Source: Yuukianura sp. NJ FZ-2021 (Eukaryota). Taken from it: 64,000 bases of DNA. The position numbers and the translations under genes were made by a program. Location: positions 14,508,001-14,572,000 of the forward strand of contig CM102286.1 in NCBI GenBank assembly GCA_046563655.1, in the 5' to 3' direction. Below the pieces are notes generated by a model. It was not told the origin of the DNA. It searched no databases and saw only the letters and a list, made by a program, of their open reading frames with translations. Below, piece after piece: positions 26,717-42,847 of the stretch (its first letter is position 1; each line of letters starts with the position of its first letter).

Positions 26717-28776
26717 TTAAATAATAGAATTTAGCCAATCACGCGCCATTTTTTTTTCTAAAACTCAAAATTGCACACGAATGTCTTACAACTCTGTTTC
26801 TCGTTTTGTTGTTTTAAAATTCAGTTCCTTGTAAATTTTGATCTGCGCTTTAGGCTATTTTATTTCAGTAATCCCTCAAATCCTTACAATATTTACACTC
26901 CACACATTGGTATTTTTTTTTTCGTAATTTTAGAAATATACAAAATGCTAAATAGTAAACTTGTTCATGAAAAATATGGAAAACTGGTTTTTCCATCCAC
27001 GCGTTACTTTTGTTTTTCCTTTCGGAAATTTTGGCAGTTTGTTTATCCTTGGAGACACTATTTGGAAATACTTTGCAAAAAAAATTAATTCTAGTTTCAC
27101 AATTAATTGTGTCTTGATAATTAATTGCAGTTGGAATTTTCCGCAATTAAATGACTTCAGCATCAGAGTAAAAGTCACAAGTGAAAACGTCCTCTGTTTA
27201 AAAAACGTGCGAATTTGCTCTAATCTGAAATTAGAGAAAAAAATTGCAAGAAAGGAATTCCAGTAGCTGTCGCTTAGCTTCACTTGGTGACACAACTGCT
27301 CTGTCCAATGTGACGTTTAAGTTGAATCCAGAAGCTAATTAGGTCCTTCTAGAAAAATTCGCAAATTTTTTGCAAACTAGCTAAATTTCTAGTGCTCATT
27401 AACCTATCTTAGCAATTAAAGGAGAGAAGGACGTCAACTAAAACTGGCTTTTTGTGTGTGATGATGTCCATGGAGGGTTCGTGTCCTGACGTCGTTAGGT
27501 TTTTGAGGTAGTAGTTCGTACCCAGTGAACTTTGGAAGTATCCAGCATCCACCCAATACTTGACCCCCTCTTGGACCAATCATGTGACTAACACAAGGAA
27601 AAAGTGCCAAAGTGTGTTTGCAATTAAAAACAAAACTACTCGGCGTGTTTTTTAAGAGACTTTTCTGGAAAAATAAATTTTCCAACTTGTTTCCCGATTA
27701 AATGACAGATGAGATGAGATATGGTAAAGATAAGGCGTAAATCATAATTTAAGTTCTTACAGGGGTGTGCCTTAGAGTTTGGATTAGCTTAACCTTAGCC
27801 TTAACCCAAAATTAATACTAAAATTACAGGCATGGGGTACGGCCACGTAGTTCATCCAGGATCCGTCTTCATGTCCTGGAGGGATAACCATAAAAGTTGG
27901 AAGTTAATTTAAAATTTAAGGTTATCATTAATCAGGAAACTTAAGGCTTGGCGACTACGCAGTTTTTCCGCGATTTTCAAATCAGAAACTAATAATTTGA
28001 AACCACTTTTTGGAGCCTCGGACTCCGTGACACGTTAAGTTACAAGGATGATGATGATGTGGTTGCTCATGAATTTTTGAAAAAGATATGAGAATTGGTG
28101 GAAAGTCCAAACTACGTTCAACTTTTGTGCCTCACGACTTTTGGACGTAACCGACCAATCCAAAGTCAACTTGTTCCTCGTGTGTCCACTAGTTAACCTT
28201 GACGAGTCGTGACAGATTGGGGTGTGGTGATGTGGCCCATTACTACACCTACGTATCCATAGCAAGGCTAACTTAACATATAATGTTAGGTTAGTCTTAA
28301 TCTAAAACCTAATTGTATGTAATCAGCCCGTGTGGTCAAAACAACCGAATTAGGCTCCAACTTGAGCAAAAATTTACCAAAAGACATTAATTTGCATTTT
28401 CCGGGCGAAAAACGGCTAAATTGCCAAAAATGGAGGAAATTTACAAACATTTGAAAAATTTGGAATGAATTGGAGGCAAATACGAAAAAATTCGTGATAA
28501 AAACGTTTCTTTTTTTATTACTGGTAAGTATCATGTAGTTTATATTGTTTGTCGTAAGATGAACATTGTTTTTTAACAAGAAATATCAACATTCTTAAAC
28601 CGAAATTTACCACATAACCGCCTTAACATTTAAAAAGTATATCGCGAGCGCGAATTTATGAAATTACAGGCAAACTTTACATAGTAATAACTTTGAAATT
28701 CTAAGTTAGCAAAAACTTTAAAACTCTAAAACTTAAAAAAAGCCTTTGAAAAGATTAACTAAGGCTGCGAAGAGAC

Positions 28777-31700
28777 CTAGGGTACGTCTGACTCTGAATC
28801 AGAAGAATCTGAGGATTCAGAGTCCATGTCCTCATCTTCAGGTTGAACAGTGGGAATGCTGGCACCCAAACTTCGGAGTTCTTCGGCCAAATATGTCGCC
28901 TGACACTCGGCTGCAATTTGGTACGGAGTAAGGCCACCGTAGGTCGTTGACTCAAGCGAGGCTCCACAGTCAGTCACCAGGGTACGAACGATGGACGAAT
29001 GGCCACGCTCAACTGCAAAGTGAAGAGCAGTTCTTCCGCCTTTCCCATCTTGCAGGTTCATGTCTGCTCCCAACCAGTGTAAAGTTCTCACAACTTCTGA
29101 ATGGCCATTGATTGCAGCGAGATGAACTGGTCCTTGACCTTTAAACAAGAAAAAACAATTTAGTTCAAGTATTTACTCATCTTCATTTTAGAAAAAAACC
29201 GCAAGAGATTGAAAACTGAGAATCCCAACCACACAACCACCGCAATGTGCAAATAAATGCAATGCCTCTCACAAGATGACAACAAAATTCCCCACACCTT
29301 CCGCCACAAAAGATAAAAATTCGCAAGTAACGTGATCACGTTGCAAAATTTTGCAAACTCGGGCCTTTCCAAACTCGTAAAGAGCAAAACCAGAACTCGG
29401 ATTTCAATTTTTAAAACCAGAACTTGGATTTCAATTTTCCAATTCAATTTCATGAAAATCCTCACGTAGTCGCTTCTTCTAAAATTCATGAACTTAAGTC
29501 ATCAGTGACGTACCACAATTTCTCATGCTCAGATGATCTTTTATGAAAAAGTGAAAAGTGACCACAAAAAAATGCTGGTGATGATCATCTTCATCACTTC
29601 TTCAGCAAATCACGAGACTCGTCATCATCACTACCGCCACGACATCATTTGCTTCAAGCCCAATTTGTTCTAAAAGTCTTTGTTAAAAACCAAAATGAAA
29701 TTCTTGGCGGGAAGTCAAGAAATTTTTTAAATGGAATTCGAAAAAAGTCTGGGAAACCCCGTATGTTGTGAAAAGTTTGAAAAGACAAATTTAGAAAACT
29801 GAAATTTTAAAAATAGGCGACTGGTCCATATATGGCCAAGGAGATGCTGGTTGGACTATTTTTAGAACGGGGAAATCCCTCTCTTTGATTCTTCATCTGT
29901 TCATCTGCTATGCTCAAACGCATTTGTTTACATTTTGATCTCTCTGGAATTCGGTTCACAGGACCTTGTACTCCTTTTTCGGTTTTTTAGCTTCAGAAGC
30001 ATCTGCTTTGCCAAGTTTTTTTGAAACTTTGTTGAAAAGTAAAAATTTAAAGAGGAAAATGTATCTGAATACAAAATGAAGTTGCTTGCAAGCTCAGAAA
30101 CCAAAAAATTTCTAAGGAAAATGACAAATTGGCTTTGTTTTTTGAGTCATTGATGAACTACCGGGATTTGCACGCCATTAAAATTATTGGAATTTGCATT
30201 CCGATGAAAACCGACTTTAAACATAACGTAACCGGATGATGATAAAAAAAATCAACTTTGATGACGCCAATATTTAAAAGAGTTGCGACGATCTGGGGAA
30301 ATCCATGGCCTGTTTTGCAACTATAATGATAATATTAGCGATTATGATTGGAAAAACTGTTTTCATCGTTCTAAGGTCAAACTACGAAAGTACAGTTTTC
30401 CACTTGCACGCGTGTCTCACTGGAGTTACGAAATTCTCAGTTTTCAAAATTATGCAGAATTTTGATTTTTTTTTTTAAACTGACCTTCATAATTGAGGAG
30501 ATCGAGTTGCCTTGGAAGAGGTTGTGCATAAGGTGGGTATCGGAGTCCGCATTGAATGGACTCATGTTCTGAAATGCTCGTTGTTAAAGCTTGTACTGAA
30601 CCCAGGTCACCTGAAGCAGCGGCTAAGTGAAGCGGAGTGTTGCCAAACCGATCTCGCATGTCAACTCTCGCTCCAGCAGCTACTAGCCTTCGAACTACTC
30701 TTGGCTGCCTGGTCAATACTGCAAGGTGAAGAGGTGTTTGGGCAGCATCATTCTGGAAATCCAGTATAGATTGATGAGGAGCGAGGCTGATGAGAGTAAA
30801 AACGCCTTCTACAAGTCCTTCAACGATTCCGATGTGGAGTTGCCTAAAGATAAACAGGAAATTGATCATTAGTAAGTCCATTAATCGTAATTAACAGGGC
30901 AATGAACTCAATTAACTAACGGAGGAGGACAAATATAAATTGATGTTGTGGACTTACGTATCACCGTCCTCGTCACAAGCACGAAAATAACTTTGCCAGT
31001 CGTGGTACTCGTTAAGGTCGATTTCCTTGGGATGTGGTGTAATGGACATTGTTTTCGTATTATCAGACAGACTCATGCCGGACATCGACAGGTCAACGTC
31101 CACTCCGGAGTCTGCGCGTTGATATGATGTACTTCCCGACCCAACGTCAATTTCACTCTCTGTGGGACAACTTCCGGAGAGGAAGCCCGAATCACGACCG
31201 ATGTCAGCCGTTGAGTCAAAACATTGACTCTGATCCATGTAGCTACTATTGCTAGTAGTACTGTTTGATGAAGCCATTATGTCTCGAGTTCGTCGCACCC
31301 CGTCACCCTGTCGATGATGATGATGAGGATCCACAGCTGTTAAAACCAAAAACAAAGTTTTATGTTAAATCCCGAACAGTTTTAACACCACTTTTGTGTT
31401 AAAACTTTTAACTTAACTAATAACCACACTAACTCCTTGTTTCTTAACAACTTAATAGCCTAGTTTAATGATTCGTCAGTTGTACTACACGAAGTATCAC
31501 CAAAAAAATCCCACCAAAAACCACATTCATATCGTACTTGATTATAAACGTTAATAGTGGCAGGGAATAACACAAAAAAGAATATGAATGAGGTCATGGA
31601 GGCCTCAGCTACTACAAAAGTAATTCAACTTGTTTTGCCAATTACTACCAACAATGAAAATTATAACCTCAATCCGATCCACTTTCCTCAGATCGGCAGT

Positions 31701-34612
31701 AACCAATGAAACGTCGTCGTTTTGTCTGAACCAATGAAAGGCCGTCCTTTTGTCTCTGTCTCTATGACCTCTATGTACTATGTTCCATAGTCTATGTGTA
31801 TGGTATTTTTAGCACCAACTTACGTCTGAAGTTGATTAACACTTAAGTTAAGATTAATCCAGCTGTTGAATGAGTCTCTACTGTACAAGTTAAATTGTGT
31901 TTTTGGTGATTGACCTTGTGTTAAGCCTGAGGGAGTTGAGTCCGGGGAATCCCAGAGACGAAATGAGAAGTGTTTGCTACAAAGGAGTCCACAGCACATG
32001 GACTATGACGACGGAATTGCCCAAACTCGGACTTTTTAGTTTTTTTGCATAGACTATACGCACGAGAGTGCTAAAAAGTAGAGAGGGAGGAATCAAGGAA
32101 CCAACAAGTTGGCAAAAATTTGTTGCGAAAATCGAGACAAAGATTTTGGCAAACATGTGTGTTCTGAGAGAAGAGAGAAGAAAGTTTCGCAAAAATTGGG
32201 ATTTCCTAATTCTTGAGATTAAAAAATGTCAATTCTCAATTTAAATTTGGTTCCCAGATGAGTGGGAAATTTTGAAAATTTCAAAATCCGCGCCACATGT
32301 TGGTTTCATTACTATATGTACACTGTCCGTACGCATTCCCGACATTCCCTCGAAATTCTTTGTTCCAATTTTAAAAAAAAACAATAACTGTAATTTAAAT
32401 TGTAAACTTTTTTCATTACCAAAAATTTTGTTTAAAAAAAATGAAGAAAGTAATTTGAAGTTTTTAGACAAACTTTACATTAAAATTCTCTCTCTGCACG
32501 ATTACCTTTTAATCTTAAGTTCGGCCCTTAAAATTTCAAGTATTTTTTAAGTTTATGGGAACTTGAAATTCAAAGTCTAAAAAAATTTTTTTTCCATGGA
32601 TTGACCTCATGTCACTTGATTTTTGTGTAAAGGTCACCTTGTAATTCCAGTTGAACCTGGACAAAGTGCGAAATTCACTAAAATTCGAATGTATTAAAAT
32701 TTACGTCAAACCTTCTCCCACGTCCCCAACTAATCAACACCTCACTGCTAATTGATGGACTTTTCAATTAGCAGGTTGATCAGAAGTGAAAAGCGCCTCG
32801 GGCCAGTTGAAACATGTTAAAACAATGTTAAAACAAATGGATTTGTCATATGACTTGTTCAAGAAGCCTTTTACCTTAAATGGTCACACGCGCCAAAAGA
32901 ATTCGACTTCTGGATTTAAATTTAGAATTTACTACATCTTATTTTTAGAAACAAAAAGTTCCTGTTTTCCTCTTTTAGAAAACCGACTGCCGAATTCAAA
33001 TTTTTGAAAATTTGCCAAAAGAACCGCTTAAAAATAGGTTTATAAAAATCTAAGAATGGAGAAGTTTACAACAAAATTTTTTGACAAGTCACAGAGTCAC
33101 TTTTTACTCAAAAACTGAAACAAAAAAGTTGACCTGGCGTTTCATGTGAAAATTATTTACAAATTTTCCCATAACCTATGAGTCATTCCAGAAGAAAAGA
33201 AATTTCAAGAAAAAATTTGCGTAAAAACTATTGTTCAGTGCCGTCAGTGCAGGAAAAAATTTCAAAACACTTTTTTTCAAATTCTCATTCAGTTAATCCG
33301 TAAAAACGCATATTAAAAAATTGGATGAGTCATGCAGTCTTAATTAGCTACATTAAAATTTTGGACAAGAAAAGGAAAATCCTAATTTTTTTCCTGGATT
33401 TCAAAATTTACCGCCGTAGTTCCCATGAACATTTCCACTATGACTCATGCGCTCTGGAAACTTTAAGTTCAACCGACCAATGTCAAAAGGTCAACGCCAA
33501 ATGGGTCATGCATTAAAATGTTCAACAATTAATCGATTAATTACAACGTAAAAAAACTCGTTTTTAGACAAAAATTTAAAAAATCAAATTCTGCCCAAAT
33601 ACAACTGCACGGCAAGAATTACCGAGAGAAAAGTTTAATTCAATTGCAATTAAAATAATTTTTTTCCAAAATGATTCGTTTTAAATTGGAAAATCCAAAA
33701 AACCTGAATATCAAAATCTTTTCTTTGTTAATCATAGGGGTAGAAAACGGGTCATCCCCATTAGTATCTGTATGATTCCAAAAAATCAGGATTTCCCACT
33801 TTGTTGTCAATTTAAAAAAACGAAGGCGTAACTTTTTTTTGGTTTTCCAAATCTAATCTTCCATGAACTATTTTATATCTAGTTTTTTTTCCAAATCAAA
33901 AACAGTTTTGGAGATTTCCAATCCAGTTAACCGTCAATTTCCTAAGTGTATCCTGTACAAACCATTTTCAAAATTTCCCAAAAAACATTTCGTGTTCAAC
34001 CATGCGTCATACCACTTTTTTTTCAATTAGTAAACAAAAGGGATGCACAGCATAGCATTTTAGTAGGTTAAACAATTACGGTTTGACGCATGCTAAAATA
34101 AAGTTAACTTTTGATGCAACAGGAAGTTGGAAATTCCGAAATTCAAAAAGTATTTCTAATGTAAAATGTCTGTAAAATGTGTTTCCGGTCAGAACGGCAA
34201 AACTTAAAACCGCAAATTCTTTTGTTCTTTTTCGTTCTGTGTCTGTTGCAAATTCTGTTTTGTTACCCCGTGGGGGTTAGCCCTTAAGGGTTTCTGGGTC
34301 AAGCGTGCCTACCATTGTTGTAAAAATGTAAAGGAAAAGTGTTGTGCGCGGCCTCATTTGTTCCTGTTGGAAATTCCAACTTTTAATAGTTACTCCCTCC
34401 ACTGCCTTTGAAGTGAAAATCCCAGTGGTTAATTCTAAATCCTTGGTAATCCCTGACTATTTTTAACCACCACACCCTAAACACTAACTTAATCACACTT
34501 TAAAACTTAACCGTAATTAACTTTGACCTGACAAAAGTTAGTTAAGAATTACTAAAAAGTTAAACTTTTGCTTACCTGTGGAAGGTGGAAACTGTGATCC
34601 GACTACAACCAT
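28777..34612 (-). CDS. cact: IkappaB / cactus; exons 34612-34576, 31336-~30958, ~30842-30485, ~29137-28777
   Basis: beta-TrCP degrons DSGFLS and DSGVD; ankyrin repeats (QTPLHLAV, GNTPLHLAA, GRTALHFAVE); acidic PEST tail DEDMDSESSDSSDSESDVP. The phase-1 first exon MVVVGSQFPPST matches the acceptor phase. Confidence 0.93.
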
Positions 34613-35458
34613 GTAGAATCCGAGATTCAAAAAGTTTTTTGCAACTTTCGTGGCGTCTTTCTCCAAAAAACGGGACTTTTGATCCCTTTTTGCCCAAGTT
34701 CGGCTAACTTTTGATTAAGTTTTGTTGACTTTTGAGTTTGACACTTCACTTTTTTTGAAAAGTTGAACTTAAATTGGAGTTTAGCTTCCAAAATTTCAGA
34801 ATTGTTCAGCTCGTGTGTCTACTTCAGTAGTTGTGGGTTGAATGAGGCCGAAATGCCAAGCGTTCCCTGGGTATTAGTGAGGGTAGCTTTTGTTCATTTT
34901 GGTTGGGGAATTCTACGAGTTGTGGATCTTGTCAGTTGTTTTGTTGGAGATTCCCCAGTGAACTATAGTCACTTACCACAGTAGTAACTAAAAAGACTAT
35001 AACTCAGAAGACTATAACTTTAGACTATAAGTTACTATGGAGGGGAAATCACGGGAAAACCGTTGAACATTGGTCAATTCCACCGCCTCATACAGCCTGT
35101 CTCTTCCTGAGTCGAGGACACAAGGAGGAATTAATTTTGAGTTAATCAGACACTCAATTAATCGAACATTTCCTCCAACATAAGTTAACTTTTTATAAAA
35201 ACGTAAAAATTTACTTCCTAAAAGTGTTTATAAGAGATGAAGTGTTTTTCAGTTCATTTATTTCCTCATCCAAATAAACTTCCCCCCAATTGTAATAGCG
35301 TGGGCTGTCCCACCTAATGTGTCTGTCTGCCTAATGTGGAAATTGACAATTAAATTTGTAAAGTTAATGTTAACTTTAATTTTTAAAAGTTAACTGCGCC
35401 TTCCAGTTTAAATTTTAACTACAGAGATGATTGACAGTTTTGACAACTGGGGATTTCC
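29751..35458. promoter_or_regulatory. Cluster of NF-kB (kB) sites and AP-1 sites in cactus introns and upstream region
   Basis: GGGAAACCCC 29751, GGGAAATCCC 29870, GGGGAAATCC 30295, GGGGAATCCC 31944, GGGATTTCC 32198, GGATTTCCC 33789, GGGGAATTCT 34905, GGAGATTCCCC 34946, GGGGATTTCC 35449. TGA(G/C)TCA at 33179, 33326 and 33441. Confidence 0.65.
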
Positions 35459-38400
35459 AGTCATTTTTATTTTTTAGTTCCAAAAAATGAGGTCAAAGTG
35501 TTTTTTCCATTGTTCTCCTCGCATGCCCAGGCGCATGTGCAATTGATAATTTCAATTCAAGGTAACTGCTGAAAAACACAAGGACGAATACACAGGAATC
35601 ACAGAATTAGTATAACTTCCGATAGCTTTAATTTGGCAAACAAATTCTCCGAAATTTCGAAATTTCCAAAATTTTATTGGTTTTAAGCACGGGGAAAAGA
35701 TTATGAGATTAGCGATGCGGAAAAAACTAAAAGGCTGGAATCGTTTTGTTTTACGTCACTTGGATTTGATTCGTTTTTTTTTTCGAAACTGCTAAATTTT
35801 GACGCAGAAATGGTGAGAGTTTAAAAGGTGTTAGGAAATTTTAATGACGAGAACTTTTTAGTTTAAGAGTTAAACAGTTTCATTTTTTCCAACTTTTTTT
35901 TGGGATTTTTTTTCTAACTTCATTGTCTTAATCCAAGAATTTTGTGAAAGGTAATTCCGAAATTCCTATCTGATGAATATCAAAAGTTTCACAACGTCAA
36001 ATTTTCCCTGTGACGAACTAACTACAAATGAAATTCAGCAAAAAAAAAGTTCATGACAGTTCAAAAATGCTTCTTTTTTCATAAAAAGCTAATTTCAAAA
36101 ATGCCTCTTTTTTCATAAACAGTTTAAGCTACGGCCTTGGTCACACTGACGGTTTCAAAAAAATTCTAAATGACAACTTTTTGAAAGTGTGACGATGACC
36201 TTATTTGGAATTAGTTGGACAAATTTGAGTAATCGCGGTGTATTAATTACATAAGACAATGGACATATGTTGGACTCGTGTGCTGGAATCACATGTGAAT
36301 TCCCGTGTAATTGAGTAAATCAGGTGCCAATTACGTGGTTTGACTCAATAGGTGTGTAAACACCACTTGATTAATCATTCCTTAATTAACAAAAATTCCA
36401 CTGAGGTTATTGTCAGTTCAAGTACTTTATTTGCTTCACACTAAACCATTTCCGTCATGTACAATTCCAGACTAGGTTATCCTAGATTAGGTTAAGGTTA
36501 GGCTATTAGGCTAGGTTAAGATGAGGCTGTTAGGTTAGGTTAAGGTAGTCGTGAGTACAATGAACGAACAAGTGAGTCAGATACTGCTGTTGAAACTCAT
36601 TGTTTCCCAGGCATTGTTGTCGGAAAGTCCAGAAAACTCTGTCATTACTGTATATCCAAGAAAAAAGTGTAATTGGCAAAATATTTTGGCAAAAAAATTT
36701 CTTGGACTGACTGGCCTGTAGAAATTTTGCACAAAAAAGGAGCTACAAACAGCATGAATGAAGTTGAAAAAAGTTTTACGTTTTTCAAAATGTAGGCCTC
36801 AGACTTTTTTTCTCGACTGTTTCCTGGAAGTTTGAAACAGACGTAAAGTTTCGCCAATTTTTGTAATTTTCGGAAAGGAATTCTTAAGTGACGCAATTTA
36901 TTCTAATTTGCATTTTTTTTGTAATGTTTTTCCGTCTTATATTCCTTCCCGAAATTTCGAAAAATCTTTTTTTTTTCTTTTTTTTTGTAGCAGTTCATAG
37001 ATTTTGTTTTCGAGTTTTGGGTTCAAGTTCGTTCGAAACGTAAAAAAACTACTTATTGCGGTTGTTTTTCGCGTATCCTGTTTTTCAATTTGCAAAAACT
37101 GTTTTTTGCACAGTTCAGTGAACATAAACTACGGAGCAAGTTTTACTAACTACTTAGCACTGTGGATCTAAACTCCTAAAGTTTTTGCAAAATTATGCAA
37201 ACTAGATAACATAAGTTGTTTACAAAAAAAACATGAAAACATGAAAAATTTTGTTTTTCAAAAATTTAACACAGAAAACCTGCAAAATGCACATTCGCTT
37301 CCATCATTAAGAAAAAGAGAAATTGCGAACTTTGGTGTGCTAATTTTAGAACTTTTGTTTTCTAATTTAATGGAAGTGAAATTTGTACACCTTGGTTCAA
37401 ACGTAGTTTTTAAGTAGCGGGAAAATCCAAAAAATGAAGTTTCTACAAATTGTATTTCCCTAATGTGAAATTGGGCTGAAAACATAACGTAGAATGTTTT
37501 AAGGTTAAACCTATGGGAAAAGCTCACATCATGAACTCGCGATTTTTGAGGGATGGGTGGGAAAAGCCAAGTTTTTTGTTTGCAAATTTTTTGCAAATGG
37601 TGAAAATTTTGCACTCTTTTCCCTCTATCTCGCCCCACCTTTAAGATTTGACTCAGTTCGTTCCCAGCGAACCTCACAAGGAAAAAAATTTTTCGCAAAA
37701 AGTTGATCTAGGCGGGACAACAAAATTTTTGCACAACTTAGCAGCCTCACAAGGTGAGCGGACTCAAAAACGACAGCTTGAGGGCTTTGCGAATTTAAAA
37801 TCATGAAGAGGATCCACAAGTTATTTGCGCAAATTTTTTGCAACTATTAATTTCTGCCAAATCAACGTTTTTGAAAAAAGTTGTCTCGCTGGAGAAAAGT
37901 ACATTTTTTTGCGAATATTTTGCAAAATTCTACAATTTCCTTCAATTATTGGTTTACCTTGGAACAATCAACTGGAAATTCCAAAAGATTCTTGTTTTGA
38001 GATGACATAAGAGCAGCATTGGAACCGTTTATGCAAATTTGCAATTTCGCAAGAACAAAAATTGCATGAGGAAAAACGTTTGTTTTTTAATTTTGCCAAT
38101 TGACTAGAAACGCCTGTCCACTTCCAAAAAATTTCCTTTTCAATTAAATGGTCATTTCCATATTTGGTTCACTTTGTATTTTCTGAAGGTCAATTTTTTC
38201 AAAATTAAAAAAAAGCTGAAACGCCTCACTCATGTCGGTTCCATTTTCAAAAAAAAGTTTGTTATCAACACGATTTTTGTCTCTCCAGAAAATCCTTGAA
38301 AAAATTTGAACAAGATTTTGTGAAATTCGTTCAAACTTTCAAAAAAAAGTGTTATTGTATAATACACATAGCATTATGTAATATATACTATGCATTTTTA

Positions 38401-40859
38401 TGTTGGGTAAGTTTGATTACATGCACATTGTAACAAGGCAGATTAATTGTGTGAAAAAGTTCAACTTTTGAGGGATTAAAAATTCGCAACCTTGCTTGTC
38501 CAAAATTTCCAGTCATTCCAACTAATTAAACTAGAATTAGTAAAAACTTAACTTTTATGAAGCTTAACCTACCCAAACTCGTTTTTTCTAAACTAATAAG
38601 CAAAAACTTGTTTTCGAAATTTTTGATTCGATCTTCCAAGGGCTATAAGTTTTCGGAATTTCCGATAAACAAAGATTTTGAAATTCCGACGGGCAGGGAA
38701 AAATGCAAATACTTGTGCAATTTTTTCATCTGAAAACGCTATGCAATTTGTAATTTGCAAATTTCTAGAGATGGAGAAGGTTAATGCAAATCCCAAGGTA
38801 AAGTCAAATGGAAACAAACGACCTCGAGGTCAACGCTCGGCAAATGTTAATTCCAGCTAATACAAAATGCAGATTCAGAATCTTGTTTTTGAATGTTCAG
38901 TTTCAGTGTCAATTTGAATCGGAGAGTCAATGCTAAAAATTCCAAGAAAAAATAGTAAGGTGGCATGAAATAGAATTTTGAAAAAACGAAAAAACACAAT
39001 TTAGAAAATTATGAAGTTCTTTGAATTGCAGTTTTTTAAATGTGCTTGTTCAAATTATTCGAGAATCTTAATTTTGGTTAATTTTTAATGTAAGTTAGTT
39101 AACGCCTGCTCGGAACTAACGTAGTACCATCTATGATTTGGAAATCTAGTAAATTTGGCATTACTCATCGTGCTATTGTGGCTTGTTTCTGTGTTTTTTC
39201 CACAAGGTTTTCAACATTTCCTCAACACACAAAATAAAGCCAACTCTTTCTAAGGGGTTTTCGTTTCAAAACCGAAAAATTAAACACCCAATTGGCAAAA
39301 AAAAGTTTATAACTTCACAGCAATATTTTTTTTCTTACCATTGCAAAAAAAAATTTGCGTTTAATAACCCATGCTCTTGTTTCATCGCATGTTTCACACA
39401 AAAATATAGATTTTTAAATTCGAAATGAGTTTAAGTCGCTAGTTTTATAAGTTTTTAGACTAAAAAGTGGGGAGTTTCTTATGTTCCGAATGGTTTCGAC
39501 TATTATCGACTGGGATTTAATGATTGTGGTAATGTTAAACAATGGATTTGGTGAAATTGGTGTCAACGTCAAGTGAAGAAGACGAGATAGCGATGATGCT
39601 AAAACCAACAACCAAAACGCCGGTTGGTTGGCTCTTACAGCAGAAGCGTTTCAATTTTTTTGGTATACACTTCAAATGCTGACAGACGCAGGAAGCTCTG
39701 AATCACACAAAAGATCTCATCAGCATGAGGGGAGATACTATGCAAATCATTGAATAAAAATATAAAATAATTTGAATTTTTTAACATTGCAAATCCTGCC
39801 AAATCCTTAAATAAAACCAATTTCTTAAATGTGAATTGCATGAAATAAATTTCACACGTAGAATCACAACATGTAGTTTTGATATTAGAAAAAAATATTA
39901 CCAAATACACCAAATTTTGTAATTTGTAAATTGTAATATTGAGCTGTTTTTAAAGAATCCAGTATAGGTATATAAGTTTATTCAGTTTTAAAAACTTAGG
40001 AACATAAAATTGTTTAAAATTTAGTCCTTTTAGATTTAGTTTTGTTAAAATATGCACAAAATTTCAAAACTTTTTCAAAATTTTTCACACCCCAGATTCC
40101 TGCCAGTTTTGGGCAGATTTTCCCCTCATATCGAACAAGTGAAAAGCGCAATAACATTGGGAAACGGCCATTTTCTACTCCTCTCTGCTCTCCCCCCGAT
40201 CTTCTCGCTCTTCCTATTTTTTCTTTACTCTGCAGTTGGTTATTAGGTGGTGTATAACAAGTCATCGGGATAAATCTGGGTAAGCAATTGATTACGTTCA
40301 TGTTTAGTCTCAAAAAGTTAATTAAACTCTGTTAATTATTCAATTAGACGCGCATTGTACGGCAGCAAAAGGAACGACAACCGATAAGTTACCTAAATAC
40401 AGAGAAAAGAACAAGAGATCCACAAGTTAGAAGTAAATGGTAATTGAAGTGATAACGACGGAAGGCTAGCAGAACCTCAGAGACATTTCCCGTGTCCTTC
40501 CAAGTCCATGACCTCCAGTTGAAGTCTTCAAGTTGACATTTGGTCACGTCCAAGTTTCAGTACTGTTCGAGACACCGACGAGTGAAGTTATAACAAATTA
40601 TCGTCCGCAAGTCTCTGTACAACAACCCATACCCACGTTAAAACCAACTTACAAAAACTCTATTTTCTACTGTTCCAGAGTTCCCTGGAGAGTCGTACGT
40701 CCACAAGTGTCGTCGACTTCAAAACGTTTCCCAATCGAAAAAGCAATATCCCCTCCAAACGAAGTTAAAGTAGCCGTTAGTTCAAAAAACTCTTTAGTTT
40801 AGATATTTTTAGTTTTATATTCCTCTTGGAAAGTCCTGCCGATCAACTCCAGTCAAAAG

Positions 40860-42847
<1,988 letters not shown>

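Noticed and set aside
37690..37920. Possible MITE sharing AGGCGGGACAAC with ~57060
   Set aside because: Only short similarity; termini and TSD could not be defined.
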